A stretch of 64,000 nucleotides of DNA from NCBI GenBank assembly GCA_030059675.1, contig JANVYQ010000001.1:307032-371031 (forward strand), read 5' to 3'. A model generated the notes under the pieces. That model was not told the origin of the DNA, did not search any database, and worked only from the letters and a program-made list of their open reading frames with translations. Of this stretch, positions 19,057-28,182 are shown piece after piece. The position numbers were made by a program, and so were the translations under genes. How positions within the stretch are numbered: position 1 is the first letter of the stretch; each line of letters starts with the position of its first letter. The stretch is from Candidatus Pelearchaeum maunauluense. Lineage in GTDB: Archaea; Thermoproteota; Nitrososphaeria_A; Caldarchaeales; Caldarchaeaceae.

Positions 19057-19191
19057 CCCGCGGTAGCTCAGCCTGGTAGAGCGCCCGGCTGTAGAAGGCC
19101 AGCCCCATGGCTGAGCCAAAGGAACAGCACTACCAGGCACAAAAATACGGAAACCGGGTGGTCGCAGGTTCAAATCCTGCCCGCGGGACCA
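19057..19191 (+). tRNA. tRNA-Tyr (GTA) with a ~58-nt intron after position 37, CCA encoded
   Basis: Acceptor stem CCCGCGG/CCGCGGG, D arm GCTC-AGCCTGGTA-GAGC, and anticodon stem CCCGG/CCGGG with loop CT-GTA-G[intron ~19095-19152]A. T arm GCAGG-TTCAAAT-CCTGC, discriminator A, then CCA at 19189-19191. Confidence 0.9.
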
Positions 19192-19279
19192 ATAATAACA
19201 TCCACCCCCTCTTTACCATGCCCTGAAGGGCCTGCCATGCGTATTTTCTTCTGAAAAATGGCTGGGCGTGTAGCCTCTA

Positions 19280-19317
19280 TATAGGCAGAAATGCCTATAT
19301 AGGCAAAAATGCCTATA
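19280..19317. promoter_or_regulatory. Two tandem 20-bp palindromes TATAGGCA-N4-TGCCTATA (candidate operator/TATA region) upstream of the ATPase gene
   Basis: 19280-19299 is TATAGGCAGAAATGCCTATA and 19298-19317 is TATAGGCAAAAATGCCTATA. Each is a perfect 8+8 inverted repeat, and they end 19 nt before the TTG start at 19336. Confidence 0.5.
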
Positions 19318-19335
19318 CACTGTTAAGGAACGGTC

Positions 19336-20514
19336 TTGGTTGCTGTCCCTCCCTTTGTTGTGGGCAAGCCAGTTACAGGCGAGCACTTCATAGACCGCGA
19401 GCATGAGCTGCGGAGGTTATGGTCTCTGGTCGTGGGTCTTAGGAGCAGGGCTTCAAGCAACGCGGCGCTAATAGGTCTCCGCCGAACAGGGAAGACATCA
19501 ATACTGGAGAACCTAATGATAATGCTGGAGAAGGAGAGAGACATTCTCCCAGTCCTGATAAGCTGCTATGGGTTGCCCAGTCGGAGCAGACTTGCTAAAA
19601 TGCTCGTTGATTGTGCTATCCGGATATACGTGGAGAAGACTAGCGATAACATATACTTGAAGAGGATTAGTAAGATTGTTAAGTCAGGTGCGAGGGAGCT
19701 TTTACAGAGGGTCAGCGAGGTAAAGCTGTATGACCTTCATGTCAGGCTCAAGAATCCTGCGGCGGATGAGAACCAGCTTGTTGAAGAGGCTCTCAACTAC
19801 ATAGAGACATTAGCACATGAGAAGAGTGTATTCTTCGTCATCATGTTGGACGAGTTTCAAGAGATGCTGAGATGGGGGCAGCTTTTCCTAAAGAGGCTTA
19901 GAACAGTCATGCAGGCTCAAAAGCGGGTCTGCTACATACTCGCAGGCTCCGCACCAACCGTGATGAAGAAGCTAGTCCTAGACAGAAGGTCGCCGTTCTA
20001 CAGGCAGCTTGTAGAGATTCCCGTAGGCAGGCTCGACGGAGATGTTGTAAGGAAGTTCGTGAAGGAGAGGCTAGCCAGGGCGGGGCTCATCCCAGAGGAT
20101 AATGCAATAGAACTCTTCGTGGAATATTGTGATGGCTATCCTGACTATGTGCAGCGCCTAGGGCTGGAGATATATCTCCAGTCCAGCCCAGGGGACAGGA
20201 TAACACGTGAAGACGTGAGACTGGCGTACAACAACATGCTTCTATCACTAACCAGCGAGTTTGAGGCGTTGCTACAGGAGCTCTCACCGCTTGAGAGGGA
20301 GGTGATGATAGCGGTAGCCATAGGTAAGTCAAGAACAAGCCAGATAGCTCGCGAGGTCAGGAAACCTATCACGAACATCTCCAAGACGCTTGCTACGCTT
20401 GTTAGCTATGGCCTACTAGAGAAAATATCCGAGGGGCAGTTCAGGCAGGCAGACCCAGTTCTGGCTGACTGGCTGAGAAGCCGATTTACACCACTCGCCG
20501 AGAGGCTGGCATAA
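19336..20514 (+). CDS. Archaeal ATPase (PF01637-type AAA+) with C-terminal winged helix
   Basis: FIDREHELRRL...LIGLRRTGKTSIL (Walker A) and MLDEFQ (Walker B) are followed by a C-terminal LSPLEREVMIAVAIGKSRTSQIA HTH. Confidence 0.8.
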   Translation: MVAVPPFVVGKPVTGEHFIDREHELRRLWSLVVGLRSRASSNAALIGLRRTGKTSILENLMIMLEKERDILPVLISCYGLPSRSRLAKMLVDCAIRIYVEKTSDNIYLKRISKIVKSGARELLQRVSEVKLYDLHVRLKNPAADENQLVEEALNYIETLAHEKSVFFVIMLDEFQEMLRWGQLFLKRLRTVMQAQKRVCYILAGSAPTVMKKLVLDRRSPFYRQLVEIPVGRLDGDVVRKFVKERLARAGLIPEDNAIELFVEYCDGYPDYVQRLGLEIYLQSSPGDRITREDVRLAYNNMLLSLTSEFEALLQELSPLEREVMIAVAIGKSRTSQIAREVRKPITNISKTLATLVSYGLLEKISEGQFRQADPVLADWLRSRFTPLAERLA

Positions 20515-20951
20515 CTACGGCATACCAAGGAGGGTGGGCGCAGTAGGCAATATAGCCCCCTGCGCGATGGCCAACGTTGTGTAGGACAGCATAGTTTTCC
20601 AGTTTACGGCGTTTGAACATATTGTTGAGATTTTTTGGAGGCGTTCCTACTTATATTCGCCCAATAACATGGGGAGGCTTATGATAGGTGCTCGGAGGAA
20701 TCTAGGCTCGTTGGATTTTCTGCTGATTCTAGCCCTGTCTTCTCGGCTCCTACTCACTCTACTAGCCATGCCAGCGCTGGCTGATCATTCCCAGGCGAGC
20801 GCGCGTGCGATGTTGGGCTAAAAGAAGTTCTTCGGAGGCGAGAACCCAGGCCTCGGCCTTAAAAAATGCCACCCAACAACGGCGGGCAATCAGAAATGAA
20901 CCTAGCAGGCGAGCTGATTGAAGACTATGAAAGCGCATGCCACATTGAGGA

Positions 20952-21707
20952 TTAGGTAATTCTCCACCTAGTATTTCTTAGTAGTACTGCTATTGCTATC
21001 GTTGATTGTATTGCCGCTGCTGTCCATAGGAGTATCCACTCCTGCTGCGCTGCTGTTACCGCTCCTATTGCTATATGTACCAGCCTGGCTGCCGTGGCTG
21101 TGGGGATTATGTAGGCTACTCCGCGTAGAGCTTCGGGCAGGAGCTCCAAGGGGTAGAAGACTGGCGGCAGGACGGAGACAAGCCCAGTTATTATCGGCGA
21201 CCACGTCCATAAATCCCTCAAATCGCGGACGAGTGTTGAGATTATGTATCCGAGAACGGAGAATGTTATCCAGACTGTTATGAGCGAGAAGATTATCGTG
21301 AAGAATAGTAGGGGTGTGAGTAGTGTGAGCGCGGTTGTTATGACTAGGAAGGTCGCTACACCTGGGGCTGCTGAGAGCTGGTTGGCCAGGGCTAGGCCTA
21401 TGACATATGTCAACGGCCTTACTGGCGATGCTACATACATCTCGTGGAGCTTCAGCACTATGCGGTTGAATGCTGCTTCTGTCTCCATGGAGACGCTGGC
21501 CGTTACTGTAACCATGACGAACCCCCCTGCTAGGGCGTAGCCCACGCTCCCGCTTCCGCCGTAGAGGTAGATGAAGAAGAGGAAAGCGAGCGGTGCTAGC
21601 GCGTAGTGGAATGACCAGTATATGTTTCGTCTTAGTGGGGCTATTCCGTAGAACCATGCGATTGCCGCCACGCCTACTATGGAGCGGCGTATCTCTTCTG
21701 TTCTCAA
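20952..21707 (-). CDS. ABC-2 type transporter permease
   Basis: 251-aa polytopic ORF overlapping the upstream ATPase gene by 4 bp. The antisense ORF 20968-21657 is rejected. Confidence 0.75.
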   Translation of the reverse strand: MRTEEIRRSIVGVAAIAWFYGIAPLRRNIYWSFHYALAPLAFLFFIYLYGGSGSVGYALAGGFVMVTVTASVSMETEAAFNRIVLKLHEMYVASPVRPLTYVIGLALANQLSAAPGVATFLVITTALTLLTPLLFFTIIFSLITVWITFSVLGYIISTLVRDLRDLWTWSPIITGLVSVLPPVFYPLELLPEALRGVAYIIPTATAARLVHIAIGAVTAAQQEWILLWTAAAIQSTIAIAVLLRNTRWRIT

Positions 21708-22630
21708 CTCTCCAGCCCCTCGCCGACTAGGGATACGAAGACATCCTCCAGGGTTACTCTGCTCACCGAGGCTCTGGCTCCGCGCTCTAATGCTAGCCCA
21801 ACCACCTCGCGGGCGTGTGAGTCGTCAACATACACGCGCACGGTCTCGCCTAGTCTAACCACCTTGCCGTAGCGGTTAAGCTCCTCCAGCGTGAGGGAGC
21901 CTCCTATCACCTCAACACGCGCCGAGGAGTGTAGTAGGCTGCGCACCTCATCAACGCCGCCGCGGGCAACTATCCTGCCCCTGTCAATTATCGCGACGGC
22001 ATCCGAGAGTGTTTCGGCCTCCTCCATATAGTGGGTTGTTAGTATGACTGTCCGCCCCTCCTCGTGCGTCAGCGTTCTGATAACGTCCCATATCTTGATG
22101 CGGGTAATCGCGTCAAGCCCTATCGTGGGCTCATCTAGGAAGAGTAGCTCGGCATCGGTCGCGAGGGCTGTTGCTACCAGCGTTCTCTGGCGTAGGCCGC
22201 CTGAGAGCTGTGAGCATAGCGTGTTAGCATATCCCCCTAGCTCCAGCACGTCTAGGATTTGCTTGGTTCTGCGCCGTGCTTCCCACAGCCCCATACCACG
22301 CGCTATCAAGTAGTGGTAGACGTGCTCGTATGGTGTGTTGAGCAGCGCTGGCCTGCCTTCTTGGGGGACTACCGCTATACGCCGCCTAATCTTATCGGCC
22401 TCCGTTATCACGTCGTATCCTAGAACCTCTATCCTCCCAGCGCTGGGCATCAGCTGCGTTGACGCTATTTTGACGAATGTCGTCTTCCCAGCGCCGTTTC
22501 TGCCCAGTAGGGAGAAGATACGGCCAGCTCTTATCTCCAGCGATACTCCGTCAAGCGCCACTACGCCGCCGCTGTAAATCTTCCTCAAACCCTCAGCAGC
22601 AACAGCCACGCCGTCAAGCGACAAGAGCAC
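21704..22630 (-). CDS. ABC transporter ATP-binding protein (ABC-2/DrrA-like)
   Basis: Walker A GRNGAGKTT, signature LSGGLRQR and Walker B LLFLDEPTIGLD are present. Confidence 0.9.
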   Translation of the reverse strand: MLLSLDGVAVAAEGLRKIYSGGVVALDGVSLEIRAGRIFSLLGRNGAGKTTFVKIASTQLMPSAGRIEVLGYDVITEADKIRRRIAVVPQEGRPALLNTPYEHVYHYLIARGMGLWEARRRTKQILDVLELGGYANTLCSQLSGGLRQRTLVATALATDAELLFLDEPTIGLDAITRIKIWDVIRTLTHEEGRTVILTTHYMEEAETLSDAVAIIDRGRIVARGGVDEVRSLLHSSARVEVIGGSLTLEELNRYGKVVRLGETVRVYVDDSHAREVVGLALERGARASVSRVTLEDVFVSLVGEGLES

Positions 22631-22744
22631 TATCCCTCAACTACCGCTAATGCTTATGATGATTTCCCATGCTATATAGCTATCCCAGTCAAAACACTGT
22701 AATTTACGTGGGTTTTGGTAATACCTGAGTATGGGTATTTGAGC

Positions 22745-25006
22745 CTATCTCCTGCGCAGGCCGTTGAATATGTCCTCGGCGGTTATCGGTATGCGCCTAG
22801 CCCTGAAGCCTGTTGCGTGGTATATTGCGTTTGCTATGGCCGCTGGTGGGGGGACTATAGGAGCCTCGCCAGCCCCCTTGGCGCCATAAGGCCCAGAGCC
22901 CGTGAAGTCCTCCACCAGCACTATGTCTATCTTCGGCACCTCCACTGCGGAGGGGATTAGGTAGTCCATTAGGGTTGGGTTGAGCATGACGCCCTCCTCG
23001 CTTACCTTCATCTCCTCATATAGCGCGAAGCCTATCCCCTGAGCCACGCCTCCAGTTATCTGTCCAGCCAAGCCATCAACATTAAGCGCCTTCCCAGAGT
23101 TCTGGCCAGCGACATAGCGCAGAATCCTCACAGAGCCAGTTTCCTCATCAACCTCAACCAACGCGGCGTGGGCTGTGTAGGTTGGGTCTATGAGCGATGG
23201 GACATAGAAGAACCCGCTTATGGCGCTGCTATCATAGGGCGGGAAGCTCGTCACGTATGAGCCGCGGCCTTCTATCTCCTCCCCCGCGTAGTGCGCTTTC
23301 TCCACAATCTCCGCTATGGTGAGCGCCCTATCCACCGAACCCTTAACATATACCGCGTTATCTCTTATCTCCAGGTCTTCAGGCCGCGCTTCCAATAGCT
23401 TGGCCGCGGCCTCAAGAAGCTTCTGCCTCGCCTGGCGTGCAGCTATCATCACTGCATTACCCGCGCAGTATGTTGTGCTACTTCCCTGAGCGCCGTCATT
23501 ATAGGGCGAGGCCTCGGTATCGCTGGAAACCAGAGTAATCTTCTCTGGTGGGACGCCCAGCTCCCTGGAGACTATCAAGGGGAGGCCAGCGTACATGGCG
23601 CCTGTTCCAGAGTCCGCCGCTCCCGCGATTACTGTGACCGAGCCGTCCTCGTTTATCTTAACTATAGCCGAGCTGGGGTGCATGGCCGCGGTGAGTGTTA
23701 TCCCGCATGCTACTCCTATTCCCTGGTTCTTTCCCAGCTGAGCGCCCCAGCCTATAGTCTCAGCTACGCGGCGCAGCGTCTCGCGTAGGCCTACGTTCTC
23801 AAGCCTCTGTCCCCAAGGTGCGATGTAGCCGTCATCCCACACGTTCCTCATCCTAAGCTCCAGCGCGTCCATACCCAGCTCCTCCGCTATATGCTCCATA
23901 TGCGACTCAAGCGCGAACGTCGCCTGCGGCGCGCTCACGCTCCTAAAAGCGCCGCACCGCTGCTTGTTGGTATAAACCGCGTACCCCTCAGCATAGACGT
24001 GCTCCACCTTATACGTGCCCGCCGCTATGAGCAGCGCTATATTCACATCAACGGGGCCGTCTCCAGCGTATGCTCCAACGTCCATCAAGACCTTGATATA
24101 CCTCGCTAGCAGGGTGCCGTCCTTCTTTACGCCTGTCTTGAGCTGTATCCGCAGCGGTGTCTGGGGCGCTCCGCCGAGCATCTCCTCCATCCTACTATAC
24201 ACCATCTTGACTGGCCTCCCCGTCTTCATAGCCAAGACGATACAATAGGGCTCTATTATTGCGCGGAGCTTAGCGCCGAATCCGCCGCCTGTCTTGGTTC
24301 CTATAACCCTAATCCTACTCGCGGGCAGATCAAGGAGCTGGGCTATGTCAGACCTTATGTTGTATGGTGATTGTGTGCTTGTCCAGACCGTTATGAAGGG
24401 GCCTGGCTCCACCTTCGCTACCGCCGCGTGCGGCTCTAGGTAGAGCTGGCTGACCATCCCGCCTTCAAACTCGTCCTCCACCACTAGGTCTGCTTCGCGC
24501 ATTCCTGCTTCCACGTCGCCGCGCCTGAGTATGCTGTAGCTGCATACGTTGCGCATCCCTAGGCTCTCGTCTGGGGCATATGGTGATTTCTCCTCATGTA
24601 TCAGGATGTCCGAGTTGAGGGCCTCGTCTATCGTTGTGATTACGGGGAGCGGCTCATACTCCACCTCAACCAGCGCGGCCGCCTCCTCCGCTGTTGCCTC
24701 ATCCTCGGCAGCCACCGCAGCGATAGGCTCGCCCACGTAGCGCACCTTATCACGCGCAAAGAGTGATTGGTCAAGTATGGGCGGCCAAAACCTCTTGTCA
24801 GGCACGTCGGCCGCGGTGATTACGGCCTTAACACCAGGCAGGGAAGCGGCCTTACTAACGTCAATACTCCTAATCTTGGCATGAGCATAGCTACTCCTCA
24901 CGAGCTTGCCATGAAGCATGCCTGGGATGCTAATATCAGTCCCGAACTGCGCCTTGCCCGTGACTAGCGCCTGACCGTCAAGCCTCACAGCACGTTGGGC
25001 TGACAC
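22745..25006 (-). CDS. Molybdopterin-dependent hydroxylase large subunit (aldehyde oxidase/xanthine dehydrogenase/CoxL family), intact
   Basis: 753 aa. The N-terminus VTGKAQFGTDISIPGMLHGKLVRSSYAHAKIRSIDVSKA and the C-terminal GAKGAGEAPIVPPPAAIANAI are family hallmarks. No adjacent small or medium subunit genes. Confidence 0.85.
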   Translation of the reverse strand: MSAQRAVRLDGQALVTGKAQFGTDISIPGMLHGKLVRSSYAHAKIRSIDVSKAASLPGVKAVITAADVPDKRFWPPILDQSLFARDKVRYVGEPIAAVAAEDEATAEEAAALVEVEYEPLPVITTIDEALNSDILIHEEKSPYAPDESLGMRNVCSYSILRRGDVEAGMREADLVVEDEFEGGMVSQLYLEPHAAVAKVEPGPFITVWTSTQSPYNIRSDIAQLLDLPASRIRVIGTKTGGGFGAKLRAIIEPYCIVLAMKTGRPVKMVYSRMEEMLGGAPQTPLRIQLKTGVKKDGTLLARYIKVLMDVGAYAGDGPVDVNIALLIAAGTYKVEHVYAEGYAVYTNKQRCGAFRSVSAPQATFALESHMEHIAEELGMDALELRMRNVWDDGYIAPWGQRLENVGLRETLRRVAETIGWGAQLGKNQGIGVACGITLTAAMHPSSAIVKINEDGSVTVIAGAADSGTGAMYAGLPLIVSRELGVPPEKITLVSSDTEASPYNDGAQGSSTTYCAGNAVMIAARQARQKLLEAAAKLLEARPEDLEIRDNAVYVKGSVDRALTIAEIVEKAHYAGEEIEGRGSYVTSFPPYDSSAISGFFYVPSLIDPTYTAHAALVEVDEETGSVRILRYVAGQNSGKALNVDGLAGQITGGVAQGIGFALYEEMKVSEEGVMLNPTLMDYLIPSAVEVPKIDIVLVEDFTGSGPYGAKGAGEAPIVPPPAAIANAIYHATGFRARRIPITAEDIFNGLRRR

Positions 25007-25145
25007 ATACCTTCACCTATGCGATTATATGTAGCGGCAAAACTTCATTAAGCGACTCTTATAAACCTTCCAAATAACTCAAAGAAAACCACCGCTTTAG
25101 GTGAAAAGGTATATACAACCAAGCCAGTCTCCGAAAAACGCTGAT

Positions 25146-25547
25146 ATGAGCAACCCTGTTGATGAGATTAAATCCAGAATCCTAGCCGTGCCTGAGGCGC
25201 TTAAACAACGCGACGCAGACACAATACTACGCATCTACGATGCTGACGACCCGCGCTTCACGGCTTTTGAAGACCACCCACCATATCACAGGATTGACGG
25301 CCAGGCGTTCAAGAGGTTTGTGAATGAGGTTATAGGGAAGCTGGAGGAGCTCCGCATAGACCGAAAAGACATACGCATAGATGTCTTTGATGGTTTTGCA
25401 GTAGCTACGGGTGTTGACGAGTGGTCGGCGAAGATAGAAGGCCAGGCGTTGTCTGGTGTCTCTAGATTCACGCTGGTTTTCCGTAAGACCAGCGATGGCT
25501 GGCGCGTGGTGCATGAGCATTTCAGCATCGTTCCCAGCGGGAGTTGA
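25146..25547 (+). CDS. SnoaL/NTF2-like (DUF4440-type) small protein
   Basis: Ends with the NTF2-like SRFTLVFRKTSDGWRVVHEHFS. The ATG at 25146 is preferred because it lies ~30 nt downstream of the TATA-like GTATATAC at 25109-25116. The stop overlaps the next gene's start (ATGA-type overlap at 25544). Confidence 0.55.
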   Translation: MSNPVDEIKSRILAVPEALKQRDADTILRIYDADDPRFTAFEDHPPYHRIDGQAFKRFVNEVIGKLEELRIDRKDIRIDVFDGFAVATGVDEWSAKIEGQALSGVSRFTLVFRKTSDGWRVVHEHFSIVPSGS

Positions 25548-26593
25548 AGAAGGCTATGCGCGTGGGTATAGCTTTTAGCGGCACACCCTTCTCAGCCGAT
25601 GTTGTGGCAGAGCTCGTTAGATACGCTGAGCGCAGAGGTTTCCACTCAGCATGGTTCGCGGAAGACTACTTCCTCCGCGACGCAATAACCATGATGAGCC
25701 TCTGCGCAGCGCATACCAAGAAGATTAAAATCGGGACAGGAATCATCAACCCATACACACGACACCCAATACTAATAGCAGAGACAATAGCAACGCTTGA
25801 TGAAGCATCACGCGGCAGGGCATTCCTAGCCCTGGGTACTGGAGTGGGGCCTCTCATAGAGCAGATGGGCATATCGTTCACGAAGCCTCTCAAAGCGATT
25901 AGTGAGGGTGTGCAGATAATTAGGAATGCCCTGGCTGGTGGTGAGGTGTTTTTTGACGGTGAGGTCTTCAAGGTCAGGGGCGTTAGGCTCGGCTCAAACC
26001 CCTACCTAGAGCCGCTGGGAGAGTTCAAGCCACGGCGTAGAGCTGTTCCGATATACATCGCCGCCATAGGCCCTAGGATGCTCCAGCTCGCGGGGCGCCT
26101 GGGCGATGGTGTCCTCCTCACCGCTGGATGCGCCGCGCAGTATGTCAGGAACATGGTGGTTGAAAACGTAGCCAAGGGAGCCGAGGAATCAGGTAGAAAC
26201 ACCAAAGACATAGACATAACAGCCTACCTGCTCACAAGCGTTGAGCCGACAGCGGCGGAGAAACACATACTAAAGTTGTTCATAGCGTTTGAGCTCAGCT
26301 ACGCTTCGCCAGAGTATCTTAAAGCTTCGGAGGCTGATGAAACGCTTGCCGAGTCTGTGCGCTCAACGCTCCAGAGCGAGGGACTTGCTGCAGCGGCGGC
26401 CAAGATTGACGACGAAACACTAAGACGATTCACCGCCTATGGAAAGCCGCGCGAGATAGGTGAAAGGATAAGAGAATACATAGAAGCAGGCCTGAAGACA
26501 CCCTCAATACTTCCGATAGCCAAGCAGCCGCAGCGGGTTAAGCGGGTGATAGACGTGGTGGCGCGCGAAGCCATCGGAGGAAGGCGTAGATAG
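25544..26593 (+). CDS. Luciferase-like (LLM class) flavin/F420-dependent oxidoreductase
   Basis: RGFHSAWFAEDYF...IKIGTGIINPYTRHPILIAETIATLDEASRGRAFLALGTG is the typical LLM N-terminal region. Confidence 0.8.
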   Translation: MKKAMRVGIAFSGTPFSADVVAELVRYAERRGFHSAWFAEDYFLRDAITMMSLCAAHTKKIKIGTGIINPYTRHPILIAETIATLDEASRGRAFLALGTGVGPLIEQMGISFTKPLKAISEGVQIIRNALAGGEVFFDGEVFKVRGVRLGSNPYLEPLGEFKPRRRAVPIYIAAIGPRMLQLAGRLGDGVLLTAGCAAQYVRNMVVENVAKGAEESGRNTKDIDITAYLLTSVEPTAAEKHILKLFIAFELSYASPEYLKASEADETLAESVRSTLQSEGLAAAAAKIDDETLRRFTAYGKPREIGERIREYIEAGLKTPSILPIAKQPQRVKRVIDVVAREAIGGRRR

Positions 26594-26648
26594 TGTCTTT
26601 CGTAAAATTTGATAAGTTATCGCTCCATGTTTATGGCTGAGTGGGACG

Positions 26649-27401
26649 ATGGCGGGGGATGACGGAATCCTGAACGAGACGCTAGGGCTCATAGACGCTG
26701 CCCAGCAGCGCGGGCTGACGCTCCGCCTACTGGGAGGAGCTGGAATAAGATGCCACTGCAACAAATACTCAGACTTCTACAGGGCGCTCGGCAGGGTAAT
26801 CCACGACATAGACATCATAACCTACGGAAAACAGAAGAACGCGATAAACTCCTTCCTCATGGAGCAGGGCTTCAAGAAACGCCCCCTCACACTCACCGCA
26901 GCATACTCATACCGCGAAATCTTCTACAAAGGAGAATTCGTCTTTGACATATTCTTTGACAAGCTCCAGATGAATCACACGATAGACTTCCGCAACAGGC
27001 TTGAGATGGACTTCCCCACAATACCACTCGCAGAGCTCCTCCTACAAAAAGTGCAGATAGTCCAGCTCACCGAAAACGACCTAAAGGACATAGTCGTCCT
27101 GCTCCTAGAGCATGAGCTGGGTAATGACGATAACGATAAGATAAACGTGGAGCGTATATCCAGCATCCTAGCGGATGACTGGGGCTTCTACTACACCGTC
27201 ATAACAAACCTTAGGAAGGTTAAGGAGCTTGCGCCGAAGGTGGTTGAGATGCCCGAAGAGGGCTGGAGGGTGGTTTATGATAAGATTGATAGACTAATTG
27301 AAGCTATTGAGGGCTATCCGAAGACTATGGGATGGAAGCTCCGCGCAAAGATAGGGACGCATAAGAAATGGTATAAGGAGGTTGAGCGTTTTGAGGTCTA
27401 G
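26649..27401 (+). CDS. Nucleotidyltransferase-fold protein (PF14907-like 'uncharacterised NTase')
   Basis: LRLLGGAGIRCHC...RVIHDIDIITYG gives the G[GS]-x9-13-DxD pol-beta-type NTase signature. A helical C-terminal domain follows. Confidence 0.55.
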   Translation: MAGDDGILNETLGLIDAAQQRGLTLRLLGGAGIRCHCNKYSDFYRALGRVIHDIDIITYGKQKNAINSFLMEQGFKKRPLTLTAAYSYREIFYKGEFVFDIFFDKLQMNHTIDFRNRLEMDFPTIPLAELLLQKVQIVQLTENDLKDIVVLLLEHELGNDDNDKINVERISSILADDWGFYYTVITNLRKVKELAPKVVEMPEEGWRVVYDKIDRLIEAIEGYPKTMGWKLRAKIGTHKKWYKEVERFEV

Positions 27402-27468
27402 GAGGGCAGGGGAGGCGCGGGGGTGATGTGGCTTCGCCCGCTGGAGAGACCAGATAACGAGATATGAC

Positions 27469-28182
27469 GTGGAAGACCCAGAGCTCTTCGCCTCGCTGAT
27501 AGTGCTGCTTGATGGTTATCGCTCACTGAATTATGCAGACCCGCGCCGTATTGAGAGTTTAATCCAGCAGGGGAGGCTGGGTAAGCGTCTCCGCGAGGAT
27601 TGGTGGGAGATAAGGAAGATATTGAATAAGCTTGCAGCGCTCCCCAGCAATCTCCACTACCTCACCACCCTCGCCAAGATACAAAACTATCTACGAGCCA
27701 TGAGCCAGCTAATCTCGGCGGCAGTCCTGCTCATAGTGGCGGCGTTCTTCTTCTTTTACTGGGGAAGAAATCCAGAAGCAGCAAAGCAGATAACAGACAT
27801 ACTCACGTATATCGCCCCGCCGCTCATAGCAATGCTGGCGATAGCAAAGATAGCGCCTTTCATCATAAGCTCTAAAATCTCAAAAGCTCTGGAGAGCTAC
27901 AGGAGGGAGAACCTGGAGCGTTTCGTGGAGCTTGAGAACCGCATCAAGGTTATCGTCCAGCAGCTTATTGACAGTCTATCATATGAGACGATGAAGCGCA
28001 AACGCGCAGCTGAGAAGAGGAGGAATCCCCAGCAAGAGGAAGAAGGAAGAATAAGCGAGGAGAGGCGATGGCTGGAGCTGAAGTTTGACCTCATGAACAT
28101 AGACTATAGGGGGATAAAGGTGGTCAAATGGCCTGGGAGGATAAAGAAATACTATACAGTTATGATAGATGTGGGTGATTAG
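27469..28182 (+). CDS. Two-TM protein with charged coiled-coil C-terminal region
   Basis: TM helices AAVLLIVAAFFFFYWG and ILTYIAPPLIAMLAIAKIAPFII are followed by a K/R/E-rich helix (KRKRAAEKRRNPQQEEEGRISEERR). GTG start, 67 bp after the NTase gene. Confidence 0.5.
   Translation: MEDPELFASLIVLLDGYRSLNYADPRRIESLIQQGRLGKRLREDWWEIRKILNKLAALPSNLHYLTTLAKIQNYLRAMSQLISAAVLLIVAAFFFFYWGRNPEAAKQITDILTYIAPPLIAMLAIAKIAPFIISSKISKALESYRRENLERFVELENRIKVIVQQLIDSLSYETMKRKRAAEKRRNPQQEEEGRISEERRWLELKFDLMNIDYRGIKVVKWPGRIKKYYTVMIDVGD

Noticed and set aside
20968-21657. 229-aa ORF antisense to the ABC-2 permease. The same applies to 6494-6997, 13045-13854, 43430-43966, 44009-44701, 60579-61268 and 62793-63167.
   Set aside because: These ORFs are Arg/Ser/Pro-rich and low in complexity. 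They lie fully inside better-supported genes on the other strand or frame, which is typical of shadow ORFs in GC-rich coding DNA.
22650-22730. Possible C/D-box sRNA (ATGATGA ... CTGA) in the intergenic region
   Set aside because: There are no internal D'/C' boxes, and the boxes are ~65 nt apart rather than showing the compact archaeal C/D architecture. The same check on the GTGATGA at ~16917 found no downstream D box.
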